From positions 1 through 56,993 of the IMG/VR virus record IMGVR_UViG_3300036846_001227: a DNA stretch of 56,993 nucleotides; one strand, written 5' to 3'. Source of the stretch: a virus (taxonomy: Duplodnaviria; Caudoviricetes). Below, in pieces: positions 1-8,606 of this stretch; within the stretch, counting starts at the first letter, position 1; each line of letters begins with the position of its first letter. Both the position numbers and the translations under genes were made by a program. Under the pieces are notes generated by a model. It was not told where the DNA came from. It did no database searches and worked only from the letters and a program-made list of their open reading frames with translations.

Positions 1-97
1 GGTTGCGGTCAAGAACCGGCTCAACATGCCCGACGAGAGGAACGGCTTCGATGAGTTCCGAGAACAGCTTTCCGGAGGAGCCGCGCCGGCTGGAAGT
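1..97. repeat. Direct terminal repeat, copy 1 (circular assembly overlap)
   Basis: Bases 1-97 are identical to 56897-56993, and an ORF reads in frame across the junction. Confidence 0.97.
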
Positions 98-425
98 GGT
101 GAGCGAGAGGATAGCGCCGGACCGGCGGAGGCCGCGCTCATCAAGAGACCCCAGCGAAGACGGCCTGTCGGGGCCGCCCCCCACGACCGGCCCGGCGTCT
201 CCTCCACCTCAAGCAGGCCCACGCACTAGGGAGGTGCAGGTTGCGGTCATCTTCGAGGTGATCAGCCGGATATTGGCCGTTCGGTTCTTTATGATGCTGG
301 CGGTGGTGGGGGCCTTCGCGTTGGGCTGGAAGGTAGAAGATGTGTGGAGCGCGGGTGTCTTCGGCGTGTTCTCGGTGGGCGTGGTCCTGCCCATGATCCT
401 CTTAGAATATAGGCTCCGGCCATGA
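51..425 (+). CDS. Small membrane protein, holin-like candidate
   Basis: Two C-terminal hydrophobic segments (FFMMLAVVGAFALGW; AGVFGVFSVGVVLPMILL); ATGA overlap with the next gene; start codon uncertain. Confidence 0.5.
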   Translation: MSSENSFPEEPRRLEVVSERIAPDRRRPRSSRDPSEDGLSGPPPTTGPASPPPQAGPRTREVQVAVIFEVISRILAVRFFMMLAVVGAFALGWKVEDVWSAGVFGVFSVGVVLPMILLEYRLRP

Positions 426-2566
426 GCTTCGCTCGCAATGTTGGATGGCTGGGTTTGCTTGCCTACCTGGTTGCCGGAGCTGGCGGCGAAGCCGCCGGCC
501 AAGTCTTTCAGCAAGGCGGCGTGATCCCCCAGCATCTCACCATGTGGTCTACTAATAACACGGTGATGGATGCGGGTACGGCGGCTGACCGGCCGCAGGG
601 ATTGCTGCCGCACGAGCTTGGGCTTCAAGCGCCGCCCAACAAGAGTGGCAACCCGTTCCCGGCGACGGCGACCGGGACTGGCCCAGGCGGCGAGCTTGCT
701 TGCCTGTGGGACAGCCCGATAGGGACGCCGGGGCACTACTTCTGCATGTCTCCCAACGTGGGAGCCGGGCTGGCCTCGATCAGCGTGGGATCGTCGAGCG
801 GCGGCACCCCCTCCAGCTTGCAGATAGTCTTGAATGGCACGGCGTATCCGTTCCCGGGGCCGCCGGGCGGCGTGCTGGGGCCGTCGACCACGGTTGTCGG
901 GGATGCCGCCAGCTGGAACAACACCAGCGGCACCTTGCTGGCCGACAGTGGGGTGAGCCTGAACGGCCTGGGGATACCTGGAGCCAAGGGCGACGGGGTC
1001 ACCGACAACTGCGCCGCGATCAATGCGGCGATCAGCGCGGCGGGGCCAGGCAACCCGGTGTCACTGTCGTTTGGTCCCGGCACCTATGTGTCGAGCTGCG
1101 CCATTACTTCCACTGGCCGCAGCGTTACCGTAAGGGGGGCGGGCAAGTCGACATCGAGTATGAAGTTCACTGGGGCGACCGACGGCTTCACTCTCAACAC
1201 TTCGCTGTCCTACAGTGTCGATATCACCGACATCACAATATACACCACCTCGACCAACACTGGCAGTGGCGTCTCGATCAACTACACGACCAACGGCTAC
1301 TTCAACCGCGAAAACAAGCGGGCCAATCTGCGGGATGTCCGGTTCATCGGCTTTACTCCGGCCAACCAGTCGTGGACCCAGTGTGTCACCTTCACCAATG
1401 TTAACTTCGTCAACGTGACCAATGTCGACTGCACCGGGTCCAACGGAACGGCTGGCACCTCGGGCAACGTGCAGGCCGATAATACTAATACGCCCTTTGG
1501 CTTTGTCATCGCCAACAACGACAGTATTCATCCGACGGATTACAAGTTCACCAACGTTGGTATTACTTCGGTTAACGTTGGTATCTATGCGGATAACGTC
1601 AACCTGGAGGGGTTGCAGATCATCACGTCCAGCATCGTGGGCGTCGGCACCGGCGTGCATTGGTACACCGGGGCAGCGAACCAGGGCCGCCCGCAGATAA
1701 CGGTCATCGGCAACAATACGAGTACTTATGGGGATGCCTTCGACATCAAGGGGATCAGCGAGGGCAACATCAGCGGCAACCTCATCTATCACAACGAGAG
1801 TTCGACGACTGCAGCGAACATGATCAACCTCGCCGGCATCGGGGGGATGAGTGTCACCTACAACCAGATCGAAAGCTTTGTGCAGAACAGTGTCGCGCCG
1901 ACGACCGGCATCATGATCCAGTCGGCCGCCGGCTATCCGGTCCCGGCCTCGTACGGGGTCACGGTGCGCGGCAACATCATAGGGGCGCAGGCGGCAGCGG
2001 GCACGTATGCGGTGGGCATCAACTTTGCGCCGGGTGCCGCACAGGCGACGTTGGGTGGCAACTATTGCGGCCCAAGTGTTACGGTATGCGTTGAGGACAC
2101 CAGCGGCACGGCGATAGGGCAGCAGCTTGCACCGGGCCGGCGCTACATCACGGCCAAGCTTGGTGCCGGTACGAGCATCCCCGACACCACAAGCGTCGCG
2201 ATCCCCTGGGATGTCATTGGGCCGGCGACTGTCGGCTGGGGCACGACACCTAGCGCCAATGTCACGGTCGGGGCGAACTCGCCTTTCATCTTTGTCCGTT
2301 GCACCGGGCAAGCCGAGTTCGCCGCCAATGCCACGGGGAGCCGGACAGCCGAGATTTTGAAGAACGGCATTCTTGTCGGCGGGGCAAGCCCCGCGCTGTC
2401 CGTGACGGCATCGACTGGTGGCCTGGCGACCGACCTCAATCTCGTTACGGGCATTATCCCCGTCACAGGCGGGGATGCCTTAACTTTTGTTGTCAGTCAG
2501 AATAGTGGCGGCGCATTGGGCCTCGATCCCCAGCTGACCTGGATGCAGTGCGAGGCGGTCGAATAA
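422..2566 (+). CDS. Tailspike / beta-helix polysaccharide depolymerase-like protein
   Basis: GAKGDGVTDN..AINAAI pectate-lyase-3-like motif followed by Asn/Gly/Ile-rich beta-helix repeats and a C-terminal beta-sandwich-like region; 714 aa. Confidence 0.8.
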   Translation: MSFARNVGWLGLLAYLVAGAGGEAAGQVFQQGGVIPQHLTMWSTNNTVMDAGTAADRPQGLLPHELGLQAPPNKSGNPFPATATGTGPGGELACLWDSPIGTPGHYFCMSPNVGAGLASISVGSSSGGTPSSLQIVLNGTAYPFPGPPGGVLGPSTTVVGDAASWNNTSGTLLADSGVSLNGLGIPGAKGDGVTDNCAAINAAISAAGPGNPVSLSFGPGTYVSSCAITSTGRSVTVRGAGKSTSSMKFTGATDGFTLNTSLSYSVDITDITIYTTSTNTGSGVSINYTTNGYFNRENKRANLRDVRFIGFTPANQSWTQCVTFTNVNFVNVTNVDCTGSNGTAGTSGNVQADNTNTPFGFVIANNDSIHPTDYKFTNVGITSVNVGIYADNVNLEGLQIITSSIVGVGTGVHWYTGAANQGRPQITVIGNNTSTYGDAFDIKGISEGNISGNLIYHNESSTTAANMINLAGIGGMSVTYNQIESFVQNSVAPTTGIMIQSAAGYPVPASYGVTVRGNIIGAQAAAGTYAVGINFAPGAAQATLGGNYCGPSVTVCVEDTSGTAIGQQLAPGRRYITAKLGAGTSIPDTTSVAIPWDVIGPATVGWGTTPSANVTVGANSPFIFVRCTGQAEFAANATGSRTAEILKNGILVGGASPALSVTASTGGLATDLNLVTGIIPVTGGDALTFVVSQNSGGALGLDPQLTWMQCEAVE

Positions 2567-2706
2567 GTTGGAGTAACGAGGGAGCCTCGTGTAAAGAGGT
2601 GGCATGGAAAAGGTCAGTTCCAGTGTCGAAAAGATCATCCAGCGTAGCGACCTCGCGCGCCTGTTGCCGGGGCGGGCCAAGCTGTTGACCCCAAGGGAGG
2701 ACCCCG

Positions 2707-2919
2707 ATGCCGAGCGACGACAGCCTGAACGACGCCGCGATCCGGCTCTGGCAGATTGAGATGGCGATGATCCACATGAGGCAGAATGCCGCAGCTCTCG
2801 GCTACGGGGCCAACATTGTAGGCGAGAGCCTCCGAGAAGAGCGCGACGCTCTCGTGTCCAACATAAGGAGCCGGGGAGATGCTTTGGTGGAAGGTCCTAA
2901 GAAGCCTCGCGCCGCCTAG
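2707..2919 (+). CDS. Hypothetical protein
   Basis: GGAGG RBS upstream of ATG; 70 aa. Confidence 0.65.
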   Translation: MPSDDSLNDAAIRLWQIEMAMIHMRQNAAALGYGANIVGESLREERDALVSNIRSRGDALVEGPKKPRAA

Positions 2920-3187
2920 CCTGCTCGCTTTGGCGGCCTGTGCCCCGACATCTCCTGCTCCGGTCGAAGCCCCTCCACCCCCGGTGATCGCGCCGGTGGG
3001 GTCCTATGCGCCGCCGGCCCCGGCGGAGTATGTGGAGCCGCCGGCCTACCACCGGCACAGGGCGCACCACTACAGGTCCCGCCACTACTACTATCGCCAT
3101 CCGGTTAGCCTGCGGCGGCATGTGACGCGGCACCATTCCGGGGAAGTGCCGGCGTCCTCGCCCCCAAATAGCCCGCTGCCACGCTGA
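2879..3187 (+). CDS. Pro-rich lipoprotein (o-spanin-like candidate)
   Basis: Lipobox LALAAC, then Pro-rich and His/Arg/Tyr-rich tail; GGAG upstream. Confidence 0.6.
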   Translation: MLWWKVLRSLAPPSLLALAACAPTSPAPVEAPPPPVIAPVGSYAPPAPAEYVEPPAYHRHRAHHYRSRHYYYRHPVSLRRHVTRHHSGEVPASSPPNSPLPR

Positions 3188-3246
3188 TGTTCCAGTTGAC
3201 CGAGGAGATGCGCGCCCAGGTGCGGGAGGACGTAAAGTCCATCATG

Positions 3247-4488
3247 TCAGGGGAGAAGGTAAGTCTTCCCCTTGTCCACCCGTTGGCGGAGGTCGCCACG
3301 CCCGATGGCGGCATCCAGGATACGGTTCGCGGTGGCGCTATCCACCGTGCGGGCCACGGCCGCAAAGGCAGTCGTTCGCGGGATCATGTTACCTGGCGAC
3401 GCCACTAGCAGCTTGATGATCTTCTCCAGGGCATCGTGTTCGAGCAGGGCCAAGGCCGTCGGCTCTGGCGCATGCTTGAAGATGTAAGGGACCTCCACCT
3501 CCACCGCATCGACATGGGTCATGGCATCGACGTAGTCGATCTTCTCGATGACGAGGGTGTCGCGCCGGGAGAGGCTGAGGACCATCGCCAGCTTGTGGAT
3601 GTGCGCTTGCTTGCGGGCGAAGAAGTAGCCCAGCCACGGATCGGCATCGGGCAAGTCGGCGTGCGCAGCCATCTTTCTGGAGTGCGCTTCGTACCACGAT
3701 GTGACGAGGGCGTCGGCGGCCGGAGAGAAGGTGATTGGGCCTTCCAAGTTGGAGATGTGGCGGAGGTCTTCCACTAACCGTTGGCTCAGACGCTCGAACT
3801 CGCCGGTGGACCATAACCTAGATGGGCGGGCCACGAACTTGGTCTTCTTGCTCTCATAGACAAAGATGATCCGGGACGAGAGGCCCCAGCCGCCTAGCTG
3901 GCTCTTGATCTTGTCCTTGATCCACTTGGTGGTGGTCCCCGCTATGAGGTTGAAGAAGGGGTGTTCGAGGACATCCGTGCCACCATACTTAGTATCCTTG
4001 ATGATGAGGGGCCGGCAGTCCCAGAGGTCGGTGAGGCCGTTGACCATCTCCTCGTCCTCCGGCTTGAAGAAGGTGCCGAGTTCGGAGATGCCGGCCGTTA
4101 CGGCGCATTGCTTGATCCACTGGTCGTCCTCTACATCGTCACCCAGGGTGGTGCGCAGCTCGACATAGCGCTGAGAGAGGTCCTTGATGAAAGCGGGGTA
4201 AGTGGTGTTGTCGGCGGCGAGGAAGACATGGTCGAGTTCGCGGAGGATGTTGATGCCGAAGCTGATGGTGGTGGACTTGGTCAGGGCACCGGGTGGAGCG
4301 ACGAACACTATGTAGAAGTTGGGGTAGAGCTTGAAGATCACCTCGTCGATGTAGGCACGCCGGGTGACCGCCCCACCAATTGTGGCGACGGCGGTCCAGA
4401 ACAGGAGCCGGGCCGGCGCTTCGGTCTTCGCATCAAAGGTGTTGACGAAGGCCTTGATCCAATCGGAGAAGTGTCGTTTGGCCATCAT
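3247..4488 (-). CDS. DUF3987-like protein (helicase-like partner of phage primase-helicase systems)
   Basis: YPNFYIVFVAPPG..KST, SELGTFF, LTDLWD, GLSSRIIFV and KLAM motifs typical of the family; replication context. Confidence 0.7.
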   Translation of the reverse strand: MMAKRHFSDWIKAFVNTFDAKTEAPARLLFWTAVATIGGAVTRRAYIDEVIFKLYPNFYIVFVAPPGALTKSTTISFGINILRELDHVFLAADNTTYPAFIKDLSQRYVELRTTLGDDVEDDQWIKQCAVTAGISELGTFFKPEDEEMVNGLTDLWDCRPLIIKDTKYGGTDVLEHPFFNLIAGTTTKWIKDKIKSQLGGWGLSSRIIFVYESKKTKFVARPSRLWSTGEFERLSQRLVEDLRHISNLEGPITFSPAADALVTSWYEAHSRKMAAHADLPDADPWLGYFFARKQAHIHKLAMVLSLSRRDTLVIEKIDYVDAMTHVDAVEVEVPYIFKHAPEPTALALLEHDALEKIIKLLVASPGNMIPRTTAFAAVARTVDSATANRILDAAIGRGDLRQRVDKGKTYLLP

Positions 4489-5729
4489 GATCCGGTCTGC
4501 AAGATGGTTAGCCTTTCAGAGGAGCGGGTGACGGCGGTGTAGAGCCAGCGCCGGCGGAAGTCCCGGTCGTAGGCCATGAGCCGGTCGTCGATAACGACGA
4601 CACGCGGCCACTCCGATCCCTGGGCCTTGTGCGCGGTGATGGCGTAGGCCCAGTCGAACTCGACCTGGTCCTTGTTCTTCCAGGTCTGGTTAGTCTCCTT
4701 GAGGAGATCGGGATTGAAGTGGCACTCGAAGTGGTAGCGGGCGATCTTGACGCTAGGGTGGACGGTGCCGTCTACCAGCAAGTCGGCGGTGAAGTAGGGT
4801 AGGCCCTGGCGGTCCAGGTGGATGCGCCAGACGTTGACCATCTGGCCGTTGATAAAGCCTTCGCCGTAGTTGTTGCGGCAGCAGATGAGGGGTTCGCCGG
4901 GGCAGGGAGTGTGGCCGACGAAGCCATCCTTGGCCCGGCAGCGGCGGGTCACGGCGAAGCGGCTCTTGTGCCTCCCACATATGACCATGTTGTCGGGGTC
5001 GGTGATGATGTCCCAGACGGCCTCGCCCATGAGCGGCATGACGCGGACCGTGTCGCCGTCGCCCATGTGTGGCCGGATGGGCGAGCCCTGCCGGACCAGC
5101 CAGGCCAGGCGGTCCACGGGCGAGTTCAGGACGGAGCGGTGCGGCTCCGTCAGCCGGAAGTCGGGCTTCCAGTTGAAGAAGCCGGGATCGCCCTTGACCG
5201 GCGGCAGCTGGCCGTCGAGGTCGCCAAGGACGATGGTCGGGACACCCGTAGAAGTGATGTCCTGGACCATGCGGTCGGGCACCATGCTGGACTCGTCGAT
5301 GACCAGGAGGTCCAGGCTTTCGAGGAAGGCCGGCTCGAAGATGCCGGTGAGCTTGCCTTTCTCGTCGTGGCGTGGGTAGTACATCGCAGAGAAGAGGGTG
5401 CGTGCGCCTTCCATCCCCTTCTCCTGCATGACGCGGGCGGCCTTGGCGGTGTAGGCGGCGTAGCAGACTTCGATGGGTTTGGGGTCGAGGGCCTGGACGG
5501 CATGGTAGGCCAGGGTGGTCTTGCCGGTCCCTGCTCCGCCGTCGAGCAGGAAGAACCGGCTCCGCCCCGGCGGGACTGCCGGCTCGTGGCTGTAAGCTAT
5601 GTCCTCAAAGAGGGAGTCGATTTCGTTGAACGGGGTTGGTGGTGTGGTAGGTTGTGGCGGTTGGAGGTCTGCCCACCACTTCTTGATGGCGGCTAGGGCG
5701 GCTTGTTGTTGCTCAGATAATTCGATCAT
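4485..5729 (-). CDS. SF1B RecD/Dda-like DNA helicase
   Basis: Walker A GGAGTGKT, DESSM, GDxxQLPPV, AYAITAHKAQGSEW, LYTAVTR; ATGA overlap with the polymerase C-half stop. Confidence 0.92.
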   Translation of the reverse strand: MIELSEQQQAALAAIKKWWADLQPPQPTTPPTPFNEIDSLFEDIAYSHEPAVPPGRSRFFLLDGGAGTGKTTLAYHAVQALDPKPIEVCYAAYTAKAARVMQEKGMEGARTLFSAMYYPRHDEKGKLTGIFEPAFLESLDLLVIDESSMVPDRMVQDITSTGVPTIVLGDLDGQLPPVKGDPGFFNWKPDFRLTEPHRSVLNSPVDRLAWLVRQGSPIRPHMGDGDTVRVMPLMGEAVWDIITDPDNMVICGRHKSRFAVTRRCRAKDGFVGHTPCPGEPLICCRNNYGEGFINGQMVNVWRIHLDRQGLPYFTADLLVDGTVHPSVKIARYHFECHFNPDLLKETNQTWKNKDQVEFDWAYAITAHKAQGSEWPRVVVIDDRLMAYDRDFRRRWLYTAVTRSSERLTILQTGS

Positions 5730-6481
5730 GCTGCTTGGCTCCATTTGTGGACCTCGCCCCAACTGCTGGGTGAATACTTCAGGCTCACGGGGATGTAGAG
5801 CGGGTCGTCAAAAGGGATGCGGACCTGCATCGCCTGGATGATCTCGGGGAAGATGCCGGGGCAGAGGTCCTCTCGCACTTCAAGGAGGAGGCTGTCGTGG
5901 ACCTGTAGCTTTAGGCGGACAGAGTCGCGGGGGAACTTGGCCCTCACTTGGAGCATGGCGTGGTTGATGGCGATGGCGACACCCGATTGGCCGAGCCAAG
6001 CAAGGGCTTGCGGTAGCAAGGCCTCGGCGTTGTGGCCGTCGAGCCGCTCAAAGTAGAAGCGGCGGAACCCCCAGACGTTGCGGATGTAATGTTGCAGGCG
6101 CAGGAGGGTGAGGGTGCTCTCGTGCCACCGCCGGATACCGGGGTACTTGCCAAACCAGTAGTGCTGGAAGGCTTCGGCGATGGCGATGGTGGTGCCCAGC
6201 GTGGCCGCCAGGGTGCGGGCCTTGCCGCCGTAGTTGGTGAGGTGGAGGCCGGCCTTGAGCGCCTGGCGAGAGACTACCTTCTTGGCCCAGCCCGATACCA
6301 GGGCGGCGTTCTCGGTGTGAACGTCCAGGCCCTCTTGGAAGATGACCTTGAGGGCCGGCTCGTTGGCGCTCCACGCAACGATCTGGGCGTCTGCGCGATC
6401 GAAGTCCGCGTCTACTAATACCCACCCGGGGTCTGGCTTGATGAGAGAGCGGATGGGGGGGAGGTCAGGCTGGAAGGGCAT
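5726..6481 (-). CDS. DNA polymerase family A, C-terminal (palm/fingers) subunit
   Basis: Motif A DADFDRADAQ, motif B RQALKAGLHLTNYG, motif C QVHDS; own ATG at 6481 with AAGGA upstream. Confidence 0.9.
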   Translation of the reverse strand: MPFQPDLPPIRSLIKPDPGWVLVDADFDRADAQIVAWSANEPALKVIFQEGLDVHTENAALVSGWAKKVVSRQALKAGLHLTNYGGKARTLAATLGTTIAIAEAFQHYWFGKYPGIRRWHESTLTLLRLQHYIRNVWGFRRFYFERLDGHNAEALLPQALAWLGQSGVAIAINHAMLQVRAKFPRDSVRLKLQVHDSLLLEVREDLCPGIFPEIIQAMQVRIPFDDPLYIPVSLKYSPSSWGEVHKWSQAA

Positions 6482-6773
6482 CGTTCGCTTCCTTGGCCTC
6501 GAAATGTGCGCCGTCGGGGCCGCACAGGTCGATATGGGTGATGCCGGTTTCGCTTTCGTTGCGTTGCAGATAGCACTCGGGCCAGCGCGGCTTGCCGTCG
6601 ACCAGGGACATGACCTGTTGTGGGGAGGTGCATTGCGGCTCCTCGTAAAGCTCTTCATCGATGACGCACCAGCGGCAGTCGGTGCAGATCGGCGGCGCAG
6701 TTGTCAGGGTCACGTTTCGCGGGGATGGGTCGGGCATGTCGTTGATACTCCCTACAGTTCCAGGTTTGTTCAT
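6465..6773 (-). CDS. Small Cys-rich hypothetical protein inserted between the polymerase halves
   Basis: CTDCRWC...C...C...CGPDGAHFE; start may be the downstream Met (MPDPS). Confidence 0.65.
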   Translation of the reverse strand: MNKPGTVGSINDMPDPSPRNVTLTTAPPICTDCRWCVIDEELYEEPQCTSPQQVMSLVDGKPRWPECYLQRNESETGITHIDLCGPDGAHFEAKEANDALPA

Positions 6774-6828
6774 GACACCAGTAACAAAGTGAAACTTTCT
6801 ATGCGTTCCCCTTTAGTCCCTTGCAGCT

Positions 6829-8601
6829 TTACTCCTCCATCCGAGGTAAGTTCTGCAAATTCCCAGCCTCCCCAAGGGCGGTGTGGTTCATCGAGAAGCG
6901 GTAGGTTTCGGGGCCGGCGACGTTGATGGCGGGGCGTAGCCGGCCATCGCGGCTGAGGCGCATGTCGAGGAAGTTCTCCTTGTAGACGGCGAGGGAGCGC
7001 ACAGCTTGGATGCGCTCGACCAGGGGCCGCAGGATGGGCCGCACGATCTTGAAGCGTTCAAGGGCGTGGTCGTTGACGGTGGGCTGGCGGGTCTTCCTGT
7101 GTAGGATGGGCTTGAGCCGGAGGTCTTCATAGAAGAGGCGCTGCATCTGTTGCGAGGACTCGACGTTGAGCGGATGCCCCACAGCCTCGTTGATCCAAGC
7201 CTGAGCCTCCTTGATCTGGCGCTCGACATCGGCCCGGTAGGTACGGCGGGCGGTATCGTCGAAGGCGAGGCCGGCGAACATCATCTCGAAGACAGCGGGG
7301 AAGAGGCTCATCAGGAACTCGTACTGCTCCCACAGCTTGTTGCTGTGAAGCATTTGCCGCTGCGCAGCAAATACCTCGTGTGTTCTCACGAGGTCTTCGC
7401 AGTTGTAGTGCCAGTATTGGAGTTCGTCGTGGATTGAGGGGTCCCAGCCTTTGCCGTCGTCCTTCCAGTAACGGTGGTAGTCACAGTAGATCGAGGAGCA
7501 GAATAAGAGGCTGTAGCTGCTGCCGCTCTTGCTTGTGCGGCCGGTGATGGGGTCGATCTTGCCGCCGAGCTGGGCCGGGAAGAGCGTGTGCTGAGCGACC
7601 ATGCTGTCGTGGGTGAAGCGGGGAAGCCAACCCCAGTTGTGGGCTATGACCTGACAGTCGTGGAGGCCGTTGTGGAAGAGGACAGGCCGGCGTCGCAGGT
7701 AATCGCGGAGGAGGAGCACGGCGTCCCGCTCTTCCTCTGGAGAGGCCCACCAATGGGGGTTGTCGCCGGCTCGATGAGCAAAAGGCACACAGCAAGCAGT
7801 GTGAGGATCAACAGCAAGGCCAAGGCAATAAATGCGAGCGTCATGTACACGTTCGGTGGAGTAGTCGTTCTCAACGTCGGCGGTGACGTAGGCGTCTTCG
7901 GGGAGCGTCGCGAAGTTGTCTCCCAGCCAGTCCCGTAGCTCGTGCAGCGAGCTAGGGACCGTGAAGCTCCAGGTGGGCCGTCGCACTTCCGGGTAGCGGG
8001 ACTCGCGAAGGGCTCGCTTGAGGTCATGGATGACGATCCCCTTCCACTGGTATTCACGGAGGACCGAGGCGGTGTGAACAGCGGGGATAAGTTTGATCCC
8101 CTTGCCATCCACTGGGCCGCCCGAAGCCTCCATGATGGAGCCGCGCCAAGACCTTATGCCAGTGTGCCCTGTAAGTGCCCAGAGGGCGGTGTTGCCCATG
8201 GCGATGATCAGGCGGGGCCGGAGGGCGTCGATGTCCTTCTGTAGCTGGACGAGGCCCTCGATCACCGGGCGGCGAGCACACCGGCCCGCGATCACGGTGA
8301 TGTCGGCAGCTAGGCGAGAGGCTGCATTGGCAAGGCTTAGGGTGTCGAGCTTGGGGGCATTCTTGGCCTCGGTCTTGGTGGCGAAGAACTTCTCGATCTC
8401 GTTGCCGGGGGGCCGCTCATGGCAGACGTTGGTGATGAAGAGTTGGGAGCGGAGGAGGCCGGCCGCACTCAACTCCTTGTCCAGCTCCCACCCGCTGATG
8501 CCGGAGAAGGGCCGCCCGGAGCGATCCTCCTCCTGGCCGGGCGCTTCCCCACACAGAAGTATTCCCCCAGGTGTTCGCGGCCCTTCTTGGATCAGACGCA
8601 T
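6829..8601 (-). CDS. DNA polymerase family A, N-terminal subunit: family-4-like UDG + 3'-5' exonuclease + thumb
   Basis: GEAPGQEEDRSGRPFSG and TNV..RPPGN (UDG-4); DVE, HNGLHD and YNCED (Exo I-III); ends TYRFS..NLQNLPR then stop. Confidence 0.88.
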   Translation of the reverse strand: MRLIQEGPRTPGGILLCGEAPGQEEDRSGRPFSGISGWELDKELSAAGLLRSQLFITNVCHERPPGNEIEKFFATKTEAKNAPKLDTLSLANAASRLAADITVIAGRCARRPVIEGLVQLQKDIDALRPRLIIAMGNTALWALTGHTGIRSWRGSIMEASGGPVDGKGIKLIPAVHTASVLREYQWKGIVIHDLKRALRESRYPEVRRPTWSFTVPSSLHELRDWLGDNFATLPEDAYVTADVENDYSTERVHDARIYCLGLAVDPHTACCVPFAHRAGDNPHWWASPEEERDAVLLLRDYLRRRPVLFHNGLHDCQVIAHNWGWLPRFTHDSMVAQHTLFPAQLGGKIDPITGRTSKSGSSYSLLFCSSIYCDYHRYWKDDGKGWDPSIHDELQYWHYNCEDLVRTHEVFAAQRQMLHSNKLWEQYEFLMSLFPAVFEMMFAGLAFDDTARRTYRADVERQIKEAQAWINEAVGHPLNVESSQQMQRLFYEDLRLKPILHRKTRQPTVNDHALERFKIVRPILRPLVERIQAVRSLAVYKENFLDMRLSRDGRLRPAINVAGPETYRFSMNHTALGEAGNLQNLPRMEE

Positions 8602-8606
8602 GTCAG

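Noticed and set aside
1-97. 97-bp terminal repeat as a biological DTR or att site
   Set aside because: It falls mid-gene and has the form of an assembler overlap; it shows circularity only.
1061-2311. Long antisense ORFs (also 45055-46626, 51379-52494, 18453-19535 and others)
   Set aside because: Shadow ORFs expected at high GC, opposite well-supported genes, with no motifs.
6482-6828. Group I intron or split intein in the polymerase
   Set aside because: No recognisable intron core, homing nuclease or Cys...His-Asn ends, and the downstream half has its own RBS and ATG; not fully excluded without a covariance search.
5726-8601. DpoZ / Z-genome or 7-deazaguanine system
   Set aside because: No PurZ, DatZ, MazZ, DpdA or Que-like genes recognised.
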